DNA of 64,000 nucleotides. Source: Camelus ferus (taxonomy: Eukaryota). A program made the position numbers and the translations under genes. How positions within the stretch are numbered: the stretch's first letter is position 1; each line of letters opens with the position of its first letter. Shown in pieces: positions 61,641 through 64,000 of the stretch. The DNA is taken from positions 80,726,001 through 80,790,000 of the forward strand of contig NC_045697.1 of assembly GCF_009834535.1 (NCBI RefSeq), given 5' to 3'. Under the pieces are notes generated by a model. The model saw nothing but the letters and a program-made list of their open reading frames with translations. It did not search any database and was not told the origin of the DNA.

Positions 61641-62407
61641 AATAATGATACCTAAATAGTATTTTCTTTTTCTTAAGCTGAGGACAGAAGTGAAGGCTTG
61701 CCTATCTTCTCTTCCCCATGTCTTAGTGGACTTTGTAAACACAAAATGACTTTAGAAAATAAAGGAATTTTAGATTTCAGGAGACACAAGATATCTAGAC
61801 CAATTTTCCCTTCTTAAAAATTTAGTGTGATTTTTAAGCCTTAAGAAGCCAACTTAAAGTCAAATACTAATTAGCAACAAATACTAGGCACAAACCCAGG
61901 TTCTTTAGTACTATTCTGTGTTTGGTGGGATAATTTTGAGGGCTGAAAGGAAAAGTAACATATGCTTAGCTATAAATTTTTTTTTGTTATTTAAGATTCT
62001 GAAATAACATTGTGGTAACAAAAGATGAAAAGAAACAGCAATATCTCTGAAAATGCATTTTGACTTACCTAGAATTCACCAAAAATCAATTTAAAACTAC
62101 TATAATTAACTGTACTGCTCTGCTTAAGCAATGTAGGGCATCATCCAAGCAGAATGTTGTCCACAAAATATCTGTATAATAAAGCTTTGAAAATGAAATT
62201 CACTTCAACTCAACTCAATTTAAAAAAAAGATATCTTGAGTGCTCGCTATCTTCTTCCAAGAATAATTCTGTATTTTTGGTAAATAAAAGTTGATATACC
62301 ACACCTTTTATCCATGAAGCCCAGTGTCATAAGAAAAATACAAAAATGCACAACTAATTATAATACAAATCAAACTATGATTGATGCTAAAATTCACAAT
62401 CATACAT

Positions 62408-62413
<6 letters not shown>

Positions 62414-62444
<31 letters not shown>
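62414..62444. repeat. (TA)15 microsatellite
   Basis: Uninterrupted TA run. Confidence 0.95.
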
Positions 62445-62447
<3 letters not shown>

Positions 62448-63310
62448 CATTTATGACTCATATTTAAAGTTTAACACATTTCCAAGCCCAAAAGTTTCTC
62501 CATTAGAAGTAGTAAGGGAAATTCCAGGTCTAGAGTCAGCAACAGAACAATTCACATACCATTAATGGCAAAGCATAATAGAGTAATAAAATTCTGGGTC
62601 ATTCTCAAATAGGTTGATGAATGTTTCCTCAAAACTGAGCAAGTTCTGTACGATATGTCCTAGACTTATTTCACTGGTTTATTGACCAGACTGCTCAAAG
62701 ATTTCAGGTAAGGTAGAAAATCTGAATGAAGACTCAGTAAGTGTAAGGAATGGGTAAATTTTACACAGGCTTGGAAGACACAGAAAGAATCATTTTAAAG
62801 TGAAGTAGACTCTGGCATCCTGTCCACTTTTTACAGAAAAATGTCAAGTTTTGGCTAATTCAACAAATCAACAGTGACCTCATAGATAAAAGCACAGATG
62901 AGAACAGCAGCTGTACCTGGATATGGTGCCATTTCCTTATTTAATTGTTTATGTATGGTCATGAACTGAAATACAGTCACACTTCTCCCAGCATGACTGC
63001 TAATGGAAGTGGTTTTTTAAAATTATGTTATGTAATATAATTCTAAATGTCTGCTTCTCTGTCTACCACATGTTGGTATTGTGTCTAGCTACTACAACAA
63101 AATTTATATGTTTGTAAGAAACTCTGGATTCCTTCCATAAATGGTGGTAACAAAAAAGACATTCCATTCTCATTGCCTTGTACATGGAAAATGCCATTTT
63201 TAGAATTTTTTCTATGTATGCCAAGAAACTGTACTGTTTGGCCTGAGAAGGCTCACTGGCTTGTGTCTGCCAACTCCTGCTACTATTGTGAGGTCATTTC
63301 TAAGCTTTTT

Positions 63311-63477
63311 TTTAAAAAGAGTTTTATTTATTTATTTTATAATTTTTTGTTTTGCAGGGGGGAGGTAATTAGGTTTATTTATTTTTTTACTTTTTCAGTG
63401 GAGGTACTGGGGATTGAACCTAGGACCTAGTGCATGCTGAGCAGGCATTCTACAATTTGAGCTATACCCTCCCCCCT
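63311..63477 (-). mobile_element. Camelid tRNA-derived SINE (Vic-1-like) with TSD
   Basis: Minus strand GGGGAGGGTATAGCTCA (A box)...GGTTCAATCCCCAGTACCTCC (B box)...AAATAAACCTAATTACCTCCCC plus A-tail. TSD ATTTCTAAGCTTTTT 63296-63310 / ATTGCTAAGCTTTTT 63478-63492. Confidence 0.9.
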
Positions 63478-63709
63478 ATTGCTAAGCTTTTTATAAAGTG
63501 CTTATACCAAGAGCTTTTCCTTGCTGTGATTAATAGGTTTTTCCTGAGAAGTAAATTTAATACAGCTACTTTTCCATTTGATTCCAAATAAGTCATATCT
63601 AGAAACATAAATCAGCCAAATTTAGCCAAATATATATATACACATATATATAAACATAGGATTCAAACAGACCTAGCATTCTTATTTCTAATACTTTGAA
63701 CTCTATGTG

Positions 63710-64000
63710 GTAAATTATTTATTTAGTTTGTTGCTTTTTCAAGGTATTTTTCTTGTTCTTTCATTTGAAACAAATTCCTCTATCTTCTCATTTTGCTTAT
63801 TAACTTTCTCTGTCTCTATGAATTTAGGTAAAATAGTTTTCTATCCCAGTCTTGAAGGGGTGTCCTTGTGTGGCTGCATCTGTATGCCCACTGCCTTTGT
63901 TGGAAGAGCTGGATTTGAAATGATCATGAGTCATATCTTTCTCGGGGTGTGCTGGCAGCTATCACTTTGATGGGAGGTGGGGCTGGATATGGAGGGGCAA
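63710..64000 (-). mobile_element. Probable antisense L1 5'UTR/ORF1-start region, running off the window
   Basis: TCTTGTTCTTTCATTTGAAACAAATTCCTCTATCTTCTCATTTTG...CAGTCTTGAAGGGGTGTCCTTGTG resembles recalled old L1 5' regions. Confidence 0.55.

Noticed and set aside
62612..62713. AG...CAG|GTAAGG exon-like segment on plus
   Set aside because: Stops in all three frames and a weak polypyrimidine tract; at most non-coding and unsupported
63395..63476. tRNA-like sequence with A and B boxes
   Set aside because: It is the head of a SINE with A-tail and TSD, not a tRNA gene
1..64000. The remaining 60-120 aa ORFs in the six-frame track
   Set aside because: F/L/I- or K/N-biased translations of AT-rich or antisense repeat DNA, many with non-ATG starts and no recognisable protein family

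Overview
This is AT-rich, CpG-depleted mammalian DNA, intronic or intergenic. It is very probably camelid (alpaca/llama/camel), based on a Vic-1-type tRNA-derived SINE at 63.3 kb. Much of the window is decayed transposable elements: L1, L2, MIR, MaLR/ERV LTRs and hAT/Tigger DNA transposons. I recognise no intact protein-coding gene, structural RNA gene or CRISPR array; every recognisable ORF is an L1 ORF1 or ORF2 remnant. Four things stand out. (1) A young, TSD-flanked 3.05-kb L1 keeps its 5'UTR, ORF1, 3'UTR and poly(A) but lacks almost all of ORF2, a half-L1/HAL1-like architecture. (2) A tail-less 0.8-kb internal ORF2 piece is bounded by a 9-bp repeat that is also native to L1 at both ends. 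(3) There are two multi-layer TE nests. (4) Repeat-free islands at ~8.2 kb and ~38.8 kb carry strong minus-strand splice donors and may be alternative first exons of an unidentified host gene. I found no convincing novel system beyond these candidates. Repeat family names come from recalled consensus sequences, and most boundaries are approximate (needs RepeatMasker/Dfam).
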